A stretch of DNA of 64,000 bases from positions 18,287 through 82,286 of the IMG/VR virus record IMGVR_UViG_3300024999_000073. One strand, given 5' to 3'. Below the pieces are notes generated by a model that was not told the origin of the DNA, ran no database searches, and saw nothing but the letters and a program-made list of their open reading frames with translations. Below, piece by piece: positions 9,806 to 19,138 of this stretch; within the stretch, counting starts at the first letter, position 1; each line of letters starts with the position of its first letter. The position numbers and the translations under genes are program-made. Source of the DNA: a virus.

Positions 9806-10056
9806 GTCCAAGAAAAGAATATGAAACTGGTATTGAAGCACGCAAGAATATAGTTGCATACATTCGCAGATTTACAGCCGTAAATGGCTACTCTCCGAAT
9901 TTGCGTGAAATCATGGATGCATGTGATTTATGCAGCACATCTCTAGTCAGCCATCATCTTATAAGATTACGAGAAGCAGGCGTGATTTCGTATAAAGACA
10001 AATTAACAAGAACACTACGCGTAATCGAACGAGAGGCAGAAATTGGACAAACCTGA
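9802..10056 (+). CDS. LexA-type winged-helix DNA-binding protein (no peptidase domain)
   Basis: NGYSPNLREIMDACDLCSTSLVSHHLIRLREAGVI...RTLRV. Confidence 0.8.
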   Translation: MSPRKEYETGIEARKNIVAYIRRFTAVNGYSPNLREIMDACDLCSTSLVSHHLIRLREAGVISYKDKLTRTLRVIEREAEIGQT

Positions 10057-10270
10057 GACGAAAAACGTTGGTGCAGATGGTAGCATGAGAGGGCTATTGA
10101 TGTTCATGCTATCGAGCTATTTAGAGTGGGCAACCGTGCTTATGCTTGCGGGAATATTTAAGTGGATCCAGGCTGAACCGCTGGCGATATTGTGCATAAC
10201 CCTACTTGGTGGCACAGTTCAGGTGATCGTGACATTCTACGTGATGATGAAAATGTTCGAGGTGAAATAG
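10043..10270 (+). CDS. Small membrane protein
   Basis: Two hydrophobic helices. Confidence 0.5.
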   Translation: MDKPETKNVGADGSMRGLLMFMLSSYLEWATVLMLAGIFKWIQAEPLAILCITLLGGTVQVIVTFYVMMKMFEVK

Positions 10271-10271
10271 C

Positions 10272-10601
10272 ATGAAGGCTGCTGCAGAAGTTCGAGAGCA
10301 TATTTGGAATAAATCGAGAGCCATCGAAACCGGTGTCGTTGAGCGCAGAATAACCTCACGTGGAGAGAAAGGCGCGATCATAGGCTGGCTGAACAAGACC
10401 TGTGGCGGCAGCGATAACAGGCATTTGCTTCTAGGATTCCTGTTCTACGGTGACAACAACATGAGCACCTATGAGTTGACAGATGCGGAGTGGCAAGTCC
10501 TTTATGAGTGGTGTGGCTTCTTTGAAGAAGACAACACCTGGCATGTGGCGCAAACGTTTCTCGATAATGTCAAAACCGTGATGGAGGCTATGAGAACATA
10601 A
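10272..10601 (+). CDS. Hypothetical protein
   Basis: GAGGTG RBS, operon packing. Confidence 0.55.
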   Translation: MKAAAEVREHIWNKSRAIETGVVERRITSRGEKGAIIGWLNKTCGGSDNRHLLLGFLFYGDNNMSTYELTDAEWQVLYEWCGFFEEDNTWHVAQTFLDNVKTVMEAMRT

Positions 10602-10618
10602 GAGGCAAGTAGGATGTC

Positions 10619-10918
10619 TTGAATCGATATGCAGCTAAAGTTGACGCCAACCAGGCCGAGATCGTTGAAGCTGTCCGAAAGATTGGAGTCAGCGTTCTAC
10701 TCTTGCATACTGTTGGTAAAGGATGTCCCGATAATCTCTGGGGCATAGACATAGACAGTGAATTTAGTGTGAATATTCTGGTGGAAATCAAAACCGAGAA
10801 AGGCAAGTTGACTCCTGACGAGGAGATATTCTTTGATACCTGGCGTGGGCAGGTATGCATTATCAGGAGCGTAGAAGAGGCAGTAGAATTAGTCAATCAG
10901 ATCAGAAATAAGAGGTAA
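10619..10918 (+). CDS. VRR-NUC nuclease
   Basis: AAKVDANQAEIV...GCPD...VEIK...GKLT. Confidence 0.8.
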   Translation: MNRYAAKVDANQAEIVEAVRKIGVSVLLLHTVGKGCPDNLWGIDIDSEFSVNILVEIKTEKGKLTPDEEIFFDTWRGQVCIIRSVEEAVELVNQIRNKR

Positions 10919-10922
10919 AGAG

Positions 10923-11162
10923 ATGGACAACAATAGTGAAAATAAAGTGGAAGTGAAAAACGAAATGTCAATAATAGTATCCAGAGGTTCTCCTTGTATG
11001 GAGATTTCCCTATCAAACCAAGGTAGCATGAAAAGCATTTGGATGCTCACAATGCGGAAATCAAGCTCATGGATTGTGTTAAATTGGGATCATTGGCCTA
11101 TTCTAGTAGGTATGGTTGAGCAGGCCATTCAAGCACGTGACGATATATTAGCGGAAAAGTGA
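10923..11162 (+). CDS. Hypothetical protein
   Basis: GAGGT RBS, operon packing. Confidence 0.5.
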   Translation: MDNNSENKVEVKNEMSIIVSRGSPCMEISLSNQGSMKSIWMLTMRKSSSWIVLNWDHWPILVGMVEQAIQARDDILAEK

Positions 11163-11243
11163 TGAAGAAGTATATCGAGAAGGTCAATAAATATATAAAC
11201 GAGAACATCTATACGCTCTCATTTTATGCGTTGTTAGTCGTGA

Positions 11244-11597
11244 TTGTGCTATGTACCCCTACAGGAGTTCGTGGTGGCTAAGTTCAAAATCCTACGGATT
11301 GATGAGACTTTCGAGGTCCCATCAGAGGTGGCGAAGTGCCCGATATGCGGGTCTAAGTTATTCGCGTCCTTTGAGGAATGGAATCATGGCGGCGACGGAT
11401 TACTTATCGGAGTCGATGTCCATCTGGATTGCGAAGCCGAACCTGATGACATAAACTCACAAGAGTGGAAAAGCTGGTTTGCTGGTCACTATCAGACACC
11501 GTATGTATATTGGTTGCCAGTATGTATTGCAGTTGAAAAATGGACAACTGCAAACTTTCGTTTCTGCAACGAGAAAACAGATGCAGAAAACTGGTAG
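11244..11597 (+). CDS. Hypothetical Zn-ribbon protein
   Basis: CPICG motif; start probably a GTG near 11271. Confidence 0.5.
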   Translation: MCYVPLQEFVVAKFKILRIDETFEVPSEVAKCPICGSKLFASFEEWNHGGDGLLIGVDVHLDCEAEPDDINSQEWKSWFAGHYQTPYVYWLPVCIAVEKWTTANFRFCNEKTDAENW

Positions 11598-11664
11598 CCT
11601 GGAAAGCATCGGTAGCGATAATGGCAGATGAAATCTGCGAACATTCGCAGGAATAGAGGCTGAA

Positions 11665-11949
11665 ATGGCGGAGAAATATAAGTATCATTGTACTCCAGTA
11701 CCAGGAACGTTGTGCAAAGAAGAAGCACAATGGCTGGTTTGGTTCGAGAAATGTGGTAATTTATACACATACATGTGTACTCATCATGCAACGGAAGCGA
11801 TGAAAAACGGTGTGGATGGCTACGCTGTGATTTGTGTTCGCTCTTTTGAAGATGCTGTGTGCCTGTGTATGCCTGACATTGAGAAGGCCATAGAAATATT
11901 CCTGAATTCAGTTGAGAGCGCCGTAGGATTTCAAAAGCATGGACGATAA
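11665..11949 (+). CDS. Hypothetical Cys-rich protein
   Basis: GAGG RBS; overlaps the methyltransferase start. Confidence 0.45.
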   Translation: MAEKYKYHCTPVPGTLCKEEAQWLVWFEKCGNLYTYMCTHHATEAMKNGVDGYAVICVRSFEDAVCLCMPDIEKAIEIFLNSVESAVGFQKHGR

Positions 11950-14560
11950 AATCTTGCAAGACTTTTTAGAGCAATTCAAAGCCGAGGATTGGTATGGCCT
12001 ATATCATGGAGGCTGGAAGAACGAAGTAATACCGGCGTCTCAAAGCCATCCCGCGAAATTCAGCCGTCGCTTGATTCGTCGTATCTACGAACATGCCTTT
12101 GCGGAAGGCTGGTTGAAAAAAGGATTGCGAGTGCTGGATATTTTCGGAGGCGTCGCACTTGGAAGTTTGGACGCCATGCAGATGGGATTGAATTGGGTGG
12201 GCGTAGAGATAGAGCCGCGCTGGGTTGCATGTGGGATGGGCGGCCATTGCGACGGCCAACCCATCGTAGTTGAGGCCAAACCTGGGATTCGAGGTTGGTA
12301 TGTGGTGTACAGAGATGGCGAGAACGGAAACTTCAGCGAGTTCTACATCGGAGTAAACGGAGAACCCAGTCAAGACGAGCCGGATGGCGAGGGTTTCAAG
12401 TCACGCAAAATCGCGCTTGCATTTGCGCATGAACTTGACATGGACGGCCTGGAGCTACGCAAGGTCAGGGAGGGTCAGACTTTCGCCAAAGCCTCTTTAT
12501 GTGGGAACAAAGAAAAGCACGAAGCGCACGAGATCAAAGGCAATATCCAGCTTTGGAACGATAAATATGCGGGAATGCCACATTGGGGAACTGCGGTCTT
12601 ATTGAAAGGCGACTCTCGCAAGCTCAGGAAAGTATTGGCCGAGAATGGGCATCTAGGGAGCCAGGACATGAGCGCGAGTAGCCCTCCATTCCAGGAGACT
12701 AATGCCGATGGAGGCTGGCAAATGTTGGGAAAGTACGCCCGCCAGGGCCGCTTGACGGTAGACCAGGTGAAAGGTAAATCGGACAAATCCTACCCTTCTT
12801 GGGAAGAAAGCAGAGATACAGGCCCCGGAGACGCAGCCGAGAACCTGTCAAATTTTGACAACGGCGATTACCAGGCGATAGTTAGCTCACCCCCTTATGC
12901 TGAGACCGGATTGCGCAACATTGACGACAAGGCGGAGATAATCAATCAAGGACGTAGAGAGCGCGGGGAAGTGCAAGGTGGGACGGGCAGAAGCGGGGTG
13001 TTAGGGCAATCGCTGATACAGGGAGACGGGTATGGATTGGCGCCCGAAAATCTAGGCAATCTACAGCCCGATGGCTTCGATGCCTGTCTTGCGTCACCTC
13101 CATACGCCCAGGCCAGGATAGAAGGGCAAGGCGACGAGGGAGCGTCGGGGTTACGCAACGAAGACGGAAGTTTTGTACGTGGGTCTGAGGGCTGGCAGAA
13201 GCGAGTAGAACTTGGCGACCGCTACGGCGAAACCCCCGGCCAACTTGGAAGTCTAGAAGCTGAGCATTTTGATTTTGAGGTAGGGAGTCCGCCATTCATA
13301 GCGCAGGGTGGGGGTGGGAATGTTACATCCACAGGAGGCCCATTAGCAGATGCAAGTATGATAAAGCGACATGGGGCAGGAAATTCTGCATCGATGGCTT
13401 ATGGGGAGGACTCAGCTAACCTGGCGGCGATGGATGGCGAGGGCTTTGATGATGCTGTGGAGAAATCTTGCGAACATTCGCAGGATAATGGGCAGCCGGA
13501 TTTAGCCCTTAGCTCTCCACCCTATGTTTCCGGTGGGCATCACCCAGATCAAACCGGGGCTTGGGGAGGGCGACTCAACGTTATTGATGAGAGCGAGGCT
13601 AGTTACGGCAAACAGATCGGGCAAATGGGGCAAATGGATGTTAAGGACTTTGATTTAGCCGCAGCCAGTCCGCCATTTAGTGAGAGTTTGAGCGGGGATA
13701 GGGTGATACCTGAAATAAGAGTAGCCAGAGCACGAGCAATGGGTCTTATAAGCGCGGCGGATGTATCCCCCATTGATTCAGAGAAATTTGGGGAACGTTC
13801 GCAAGAAATAGGCGGGGAGGCAGCCCAGCTTTCTCATATGGCAAATACCGAAGCAGATTTCGACCTCTCCGCGACTTCTCCTCCATACGCGGACTCGGTG
13901 AACTCTGAGAAATCGGGGATAGATTTCAGCAAAGGCCAGTTGGATTATCCGGGCCGGAAACTACACGAATCACGTATTACCATGCAAAAGCGGCACCACA
14001 ACGACCGCAATTATGGACAAGAGCCGGGCCAGCTTGGAGCTATGGAAGACAAAGCATTCGAGGGTTCGGTGTCAAGTCCTCCATTCGAGGCCAGCACCGG
14101 CGACCGTCCTAGTGCGAGCATACGCGCTACTTTCGATAGAGGCGAAACCGTGTTCGGGCCAGCGATGTTGAACGACAGCGGGTATGGTGCAGATAGTGGC
14201 AACATCGGTAATGACAGCGGCATGGACTTCTGGTCGGCGTCCAAGCAGATACTCCAGGAGCTTTTTTCCGTACTTCGTCCTGGGGCAAAAGCCATCTTCG
14301 TTTTAAAGCGATATATCAAGGATTCCAAGATTGTTCAGTTCCCGGCGCAATGGGCCTATCTAGCTGCTACAGTTGGGTTTATACCCCTGCATTGGCACAA
14401 GTGCTGGATGATCGAAGACAGAGGCACACAATATGACCTATTCGGCGGCAAAATAGAGAAGATCACAGCCAGGTACTCATTCTTCCGCAGACTGCACGCC
14501 AAGAAATACCCGCACCTGGAAATTCAATACGAAGATGTGATTTGTTTTCTTAGACCGTAG
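11939..14560 (+). CDS. DNA amino-methyltransferase (N4C/N6A type) with eight repeated SPP(Y/F) modules
   Basis: HPAKF, motif I LDIFGGV, GVEIE, GDSR, 8x SPPY/F, C-terminal VLRPGAKAIFVLK. Confidence 0.75.
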   Translation: MDDKILQDFLEQFKAEDWYGLYHGGWKNEVIPASQSHPAKFSRRLIRRIYEHAFAEGWLKKGLRVLDIFGGVALGSLDAMQMGLNWVGVEIEPRWVACGMGGHCDGQPIVVEAKPGIRGWYVVYRDGENGNFSEFYIGVNGEPSQDEPDGEGFKSRKIALAFAHELDMDGLELRKVREGQTFAKASLCGNKEKHEAHEIKGNIQLWNDKYAGMPHWGTAVLLKGDSRKLRKVLAENGHLGSQDMSASSPPFQETNADGGWQMLGKYARQGRLTVDQVKGKSDKSYPSWEESRDTGPGDAAENLSNFDNGDYQAIVSSPPYAETGLRNIDDKAEIINQGRRERGEVQGGTGRSGVLGQSLIQGDGYGLAPENLGNLQPDGFDACLASPPYAQARIEGQGDEGASGLRNEDGSFVRGSEGWQKRVELGDRYGETPGQLGSLEAEHFDFEVGSPPFIAQGGGGNVTSTGGPLADASMIKRHGAGNSASMAYGEDSANLAAMDGEGFDDAVEKSCEHSQDNGQPDLALSSPPYVSGGHHPDQTGAWGGRLNVIDESEASYGKQIGQMGQMDVKDFDLAAASPPFSESLSGDRVIPEIRVARARAMGLISAADVSPIDSEKFGERSQEIGGEAAQLSHMANTEADFDLSATSPPYADSVNSEKSGIDFSKGQLDYPGRKLHESRITMQKRHHNDRNYGQEPGQLGAMEDKAFEGSVSSPPFEASTGDRPSASIRATFDRGETVFGPAMLNDSGYGADSGNIGNDSGMDFWSASKQILQELFSVLRPGAKAIFVLKRYIKDSKIVQFPAQWAYLAATVGFIPLHWHKCWMIEDRGTQYDLFGGKIEKITARYSFFRRLHAKKYPHLEIQYEDVICFLRP

Positions 14561-14627
14561 GAGACAAAAATGGCGCATAAAATGAATATGCCTATTATCG
14601 AAATTGTATTAAGGGAGCGAAACCATA

Positions 14628-14873
14628 ATGAGATACAAACTGACTGATGAAATCCGACAGAGTATTGAACCAATTATGTGGGGGAAACGTGCGCTAAAGA
14701 ACCTTGACGGAGAATACATAGACCTATGTGTAGATTGTTACTTCGATGCTGGCTTTGACGATGAACACGGCGATCATCCCGATCTCATCACAGGCGAGGC
14801 TATCTACAATCCGCGCAATGACCATTGTGCGGTATGTGGGAAGCCGCTTTTTGAGATAGACAATAGTGACTAG
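14628..14873 (+). CDS. Small Cys-containing protein
   Basis: CVDC...CAVC; ends EIDNSD like the next gene. Confidence 0.5.
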   Translation: MRYKLTDEIRQSIEPIMWGKRALKNLDGEYIDLCVDCYFDAGFDDEHGDHPDLITGEAIYNPRNDHCAVCGKPLFEIDNSD

Positions 14874-14901
14874 TCATAAAGGATATTGAAAGGGTATTGA
14901 A

Positions 14902-15168
14902 ATGACTGACAATATAATGTTGATTGATATAATGGACGCTCATTACTATAGGAATACCGACCGATTCTGCCCAAGCTGTGGAGACAAGACAGTTATAGTC
15001 CTCCCAGAGATTCAGGAAGAAAATGCGGGCGATCAATATTTGTGCTATTCTTGTAGGTTTGGTGCTTTTGGTATTGGTTCTGATTATTCTGATTTAAATG
15101 ATGGCGAAAAGGAATCTATCATTGTTCAAGTGACAAAACGGCTTATAGAATTCGACAATAGCGACTAG
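14902..15168 (+). CDS. Small Zn-ribbon protein
   Basis: CPSCG...CYSC. Confidence 0.5.
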   Translation: MTDNIMLIDIMDAHYYRNTDRFCPSCGDKTVIVLPEIQEENAGDQYLCYSCRFGAFGIGSDYSDLNDGEKESIIVQVTKRLIEFDNSD

Positions 15169-15390
15169 GTGACAACAATGAAATGTATAATCGAACGTTA
15201 TGGATATAAAACAATGTGGGAATTTGGTGACAGGGAGAAGTTTGAAGAATATGAATTAGAACTTCCAACATCAGTTTTATTGATTGGAAACAAACTTAGA
15301 CTTCCAGATAACCGAATAGTAGAGATTTTTGATACTCTATATGATGTCAATATAGCTACTCAAATCGTGCGTGTTTTTGCTACATTTTAA
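15169..15390 (+). CDS. Hypothetical protein
   Basis: Abuts the upstream stop. Confidence 0.45.
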   Translation: MTTMKCIIERYGYKTMWEFGDREKFEEYELELPTSVLLIGNKLRLPDNRIVEIFDTLYDVNIATQIVRVFATF

Positions 15391-15401
15391 TATGGCAGGC
15401 A

Positions 15402-16137
15402 CCGCGGGAAAACGAAGCGCGTTTGAAAAAACGGGTTTTAAGGGGTAAAATTGAGGCCTCGACAGAGAGGCAGAATTGCGGATTTAGAACCGGAGGCGAA
15501 GAATGAAAATCTCACAGCAAAAGATAAACGTGTTCTCGCAGGGGGATAACGGCCTGGAAGAACTGACATCTATTTCAATGCCGTTGGAGAAAGCATCGTC
15601 AACGTTCTTAGAGCGAGTCCTGATAGAACATTTGCATAAAGGGGATCATGATTTTATAAGCGAAACATTCTCATCGAAAAGTCTTTCACTTAGCGAAGCT
15701 GAAATAATACGCCATATCCTCAGAAATATTCCCCCAGTATCTTCTTATCAAACCCTGAACGAGCTTATGGGCGGTGATATTACCAATGAGGATGAACTCA
15801 GGATAGCAGCGATTGGGAAGATCAGCCAGGAATATCCTGGGGTAATTATCCGCGTAATTGACGTAAGCGAATTGGCTGGCGAGATGCGGGTGCGCTTTTT
15901 CAAGGATGGTTTTTACCAGGAGGAAAAAATCTTCCTGGACTTTAACACTAGATTTGACCCCAAAAAGATCGAAAAACCAACGAAAATCAATAAATTTGAT
16001 GGCCTTAAAGATGCCATTACTTCAAATAAGTAATGAAAGCGCGAATTGAAGATCAGGTTATAAACGATGTGATTTGAGGCTCAGAAAAATGATGTGAGCT
16101 AGAAAATTTCCAAAAATGTCATGTGGTTTCAATGTGA
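15402..16137. repeat. Fixed-length module copy 1 (left motif 15402-15445; right motif ~16112-16137)
   Basis: CCGCGGGAAAA-N20-GGGTTTTAAGGGG ... AAAAATGTCATGTGGTTTCAATGTGA; spacing 718. Confidence 0.7.
15503..16033 (+). CDS. Hypothetical protein
   Basis: 176 aa, GGAGG RBS. Confidence 0.6.
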   Translation: MKISQQKINVFSQGDNGLEELTSISMPLEKASSTFLERVLIEHLHKGDHDFISETFSSKSLSLSEAEIIRHILRNIPPVSSYQTLNELMGGDITNEDELRIAAIGKISQEYPGVIIRVIDVSELAGEMRVRFFKDGFYQEEKIFLDFNTRFDPKKIEKPTKINKFDGLKDAITSNK

Positions 16138-16159
16138 TTTAGAAAGCGGAGGCAAAGCG

Positions 16160-16933
16160 ATGGAAGTCCAGGTAGGAAGTCCTAATATAGGCATAGCGTG
16201 GCCGAAACAAGACTACGCCGTCTACCGGCTTAGCGACGCCGATATTGTCGCCGACGAAGACCAGGCGGTCTTGATAGCGTTGCGAGACTCGATGACCGCG
16301 TGTGCGTTTGGGATAGGGGACATCGTCACCAAAACCGTGATTGCCAACGCTAGCAAGGGCTACCAGGTGACGTCAGACCGCATATTTAGAGCGATAGCCA
16401 GGTTTTGTGGGCGGTCGGCCAGGACAGTTCGCTACTATTTCGAGACCGCCAGTTTCTTTGGGCCGGAGACGCGGGAGGAATTCGGGATACTTAGTTTCTC
16501 TCATTTCGTCTTTGCCAGGTCTTGCGGCGACAAATGGCGCGAAGTATTGGAGTACGCGGCCATAAATCCAGGCGCGACCGTAGGCGAGCTTATAGTCTTG
16601 TTCCAAGACGAAGCCCCAGTAGATACAGAGGCAAATAACGAAATGCGTGAACGTTCGCAGATTTACACAGGGGAGGCGGAGGATCTGGGAGAAGCCGACG
16701 CCGAAGAAATGTGTGAACGTTCGCAGGATTACATAAGGCAGCATGAGGCATACGGGATGATCGTCGAGCTTGGGGAAGTGAAGGAGAGTTTGACGGCATT
16801 AGCCAGGATAGTAGGTGGAGTCGCAGACCGGGAATTGCAACACCGGGCAGAGCGAGCGATAAAAGAACTGGACAGAGTATTGGGGGAATTGGTCAGAATA
16901 GCTGAGCGGAAGATGACCGTAGAAACAGGATAG
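16160..16933 (+). CDS. Hypothetical HTH-containing protein
   Basis: IFRAIARFCGRSARTVRYY helix-turn-helix-like segment; GGAGG RBS before 16160. Confidence 0.5.
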   Translation: MEVQVGSPNIGIAWPKQDYAVYRLSDADIVADEDQAVLIALRDSMTACAFGIGDIVTKTVIANASKGYQVTSDRIFRAIARFCGRSARTVRYYFETASFFGPETREEFGILSFSHFVFARSCGDKWREVLEYAAINPGATVGELIVLFQDEAPVDTEANNEMRERSQIYTGEAEDLGEADAEEMCERSQDYIRQHEAYGMIVELGEVKESLTALARIVGGVADRELQHRAERAIKELDRVLGELVRIAERKMTVETG

Positions 16934-16978
16934 AACGTGGTATAATTTTCGAGCCTCTTATGATCCCCTCACGGGGAA

Positions 16979-17013
16979 ATAGTCGGACGTTCCGCACGTC
17001 CGACTATCGTTTT
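16979..17013 (+). terminator. Intrinsic terminator-like hairpin
   Basis: ATAGTCGGACGT/ACGTCCGACTAT followed by CGTTTT. Confidence 0.6.
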
Positions 17014-17153
17014 AGGGGTATTTGAAGCCACTGGGAGAGATTGAGGCAACGATACAAAGGATACCGTGGTACATACATGTTAAATGAAGGAACCAAGCAT
17101 CAAAACCCGCCTGGCTTAGCACATTTGTTCTAAGAATGGCCTTCATAGAGACT

Positions 17154-17184
17154 AAAAAAGCCCGCGTGGTTAGCGCGGGCTTTT
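17154..17184. terminator. Bidirectional intrinsic terminator
   Basis: AAAAAAGCCCGCG-TGGTTAG-CGCGGGCTTTT at the convergence of + and - blocks. Confidence 0.8.
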
Positions 17185-17201
17185 GGTCTTATTCAATTAT
17201 T

Positions 17202-17636
17202 CTACCCCCAGCTTGCGTCTTCCCAATCTGGAAGAGCGTGTACTATCTTTGCACTCAAGTCGTTACAGAACTTGCCAAGTTCTTTGAACAACTTCGTCTT
17301 TGGAACGATGCCTTCTGCACACTGATACTGCAGGCATTCCGCAGACTTGAGGACTTTGATCAAAGAGTCGCATGGTGTGATGAGATATACGTAGTCTAGA
17401 GGGCGGAATTTCGGAGCTTCGCCGACTCCATAGCGCTGCTCGATGGCGGCGACGTTCATTGCAAACAGAGCCTTACCAAGCGCCTCGGCTTCTTTCTGGG
17501 TTTCGACGCCGAAATGACCAGGGGAATGGCTATAGTAGGGCGTCATGTGCTGGCCCTTGCTAGACAGCAAGAATGCCAGGATACGATTGATAGTTACATC
17601 TTCGACTATAGAAGCACTCATTTTCGTTTTCTCCAT
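17202..17636 (-). CDS. Hypothetical phage protein
   Basis: LFAMNVAAIEQRY...CLQYQCAE...W motif seen in phage early genes. Confidence 0.55.
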   Translation of the reverse strand: MEKTKMSASIVEDVTINRILAFLLSSKGQHMTPYYSHSPGHFGVETQKEAEALGKALFAMNVAAIEQRYGVGEAPKFRPLDYVYLITPCDSLIKVLKSAECLQYQCAEGIVPKTKLFKELGKFCNDLSAKIVHALPDWEDASWG

Positions 17637-17735
17637 TTCTCGATAACGGTTGCAACAGTCATCATGCCAATGATGATGAGCAGGGCCACGCCCTGCATTG
17701 TATTATTGAACATAGCTACGTTAACGTTATTCATG

Positions 17736-18017
17736 TCAATATTCTCCAGGTAAAAGCAGAGTTGTTGCACTATGGTCGGCCTCGGTGATGATCCACAACT
17801 TGCCATTGTGGGTGTCATAGGCGCTGAGAATGCGCAGAAAGCCGCACTCATAGGCGAGGTCATTCTCCATCTTGTCCATCGGAGTCATATCCCCCCAATC
17901 ACAGGAGGCGTGACGCTGGAGATAGTCCCCCAGCTCAACTCCCAGCGCGAAAGCGCCGGGAGTCGCAACGATCTGGCCTAGCTCGAAATTAGTGACGATA
18001 GTAGGTATAGTGTTCAT
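17736..18017 (-). CDS. Small conserved plasmid/phage early-region protein
   Basis: LGQIVATPGA...RHASCDWGD...ILSAY...LWIITEAD...TTLLLPGEY. Confidence 0.65.
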   Translation of the reverse strand: MNTIPTIVTNFELGQIVATPGAFALGVELGDYLQRHASCDWGDMTPMDKMENDLAYECGFLRILSAYDTHNGKLWIITEADHSATTLLLPGEY

Positions 18018-18021
18018 GGCA

Positions 18022-18618
18022 TTACTCCATCAACCGGGCCACAGCCACTTCTGCGTAGTCTTTCTTGAGATGCCAGGCCAGGTTTTCCTGTGCATCATCC
18101 ATGAGACCGCTTTTCTGGTTATCGCTCCCGTAGTAACCCCAGCAGGAGTCCACAGACTCGCCGTTCTTATCCAGCAAGTCGTAACCGAACACATATCCGT
18201 TGACGTAATTCCCATAGACCGCGACATCAGCCTCCAGGCAGCCGATGGCACGTCTGCGTGTTTTTGCGCTGATGATCTTGCAACTGTACTCCTTCAAGAC
18301 TTCTTCGCGTTCCACGAAAATCACACCGACTTGCCCGCTGTCCCACGGATCCCTAAAGCCTGTTGTATTCAGAGCAATGCCAGAATGCTCGTACATATAC
18401 ACAGGCAGCCATATAGCGCCAGTGTCTTTGATATGCTCCATCACTTTATCTGCATTGCGAAAGTGGTGCTTATCCCCCAAGTCATAGCGGCTATGGAAAC
18501 AGACCAGAGTACCCAGGTTATCCCACTCCTCGCGTGGGTTGACCGGATTATCGTCCGTGTACACCTTGAGAATGTAACCGGACCCCATTTCAATCGTTTC
18601 GACCAAATTCTCGTCCAT
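18022..18618 (-). CDS. Conserved mobile-element hypothetical protein
   Basis: NPREEWDNLG, LPVYMYEHSG, WDSGQVG, SCWGYYG motifs; AAGGAGTCT RBS. Confidence 0.65.
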   Translation of the reverse strand: MDENLVETIEMGSGYILKVYTDDNPVNPREEWDNLGTLVCFHSRYDLGDKHHFRNADKVMEHIKDTGAIWLPVYMYEHSGIALNTTGFRDPWDSGQVGVIFVEREEVLKEYSCKIISAKTRRRAIGCLEADVAVYGNYVNGYVFGYDLLDKNGESVDSCWGYYGSDNQKSGLMDDAQENLAWHLKKDYAEVAVARLME

Positions 18619-18654
18619 TTCAGACTCCTTATTATCTTGCGAATATTCACGGAT

Positions 18655-18858
18655 TTAGTGCTGGCAGGGCACTATGGGAAGCAGTCGACCAGGAAAATAC
18701 TTGGAGACTGCATCTTGGACTTCAGATGTACGCTGGCTTGCTTTGACGCTCATCCACTTTAGGCCCTGCTCAGACCAGTCTTGAAGTTCGTAAAGAGGCA
18801 TTTCTCCATGCTCTTTGTGTACGACGATGCGTGCTTTCCGTTCTGGTTTTGGGTTCAT
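18655..18858 (-). CDS. Hypothetical protein
   Basis: AAGGAGTCT RBS. Confidence 0.5.
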   Translation of the reverse strand: MNPKPERKARIVVHKEHGEMPLYELQDWSEQGLKWMSVKASQRTSEVQDAVSKYFPGRLLPIVPCQH

Positions 18859-19127
18859 AGAGACTCCTTTCTTTCAAACTCGTATTCAATGACCAAAATC
18901 GTATCTTTGCGTGGGTACATCATGGTGCTGCCGCCAAAGCTACACTCGTATGAGACGTAGAAATAACGGAATCGTGGAGTCGTATCATTACTTTCGTAAA
19001 TGATACTTCCGACGACATCCACGTTTCTGTCTGAGAATAGTTTCAGAAGCTCGTCATTTGTAGCCACATGGTCAAACTCATAAAGAGTCCAACCTGATGG
19101 GTTTCCCAACAACACTCTGCTAAACAT
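18855..19127 (-). CDS. Hypothetical protein
   Basis: AAGGAGTCT RBS before ATG 19127. Confidence 0.5.
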   Translation of the reverse strand: MFSRVLLGNPSGWTLYEFDHVATNDELLKLFSDRNVDVVGSIIYESNDTTPRFRYFYVSYECSFGGSTMMYPRKDTILVIEYEFERKESL

Positions 19128-19138
19128 AAGACTCCTTT

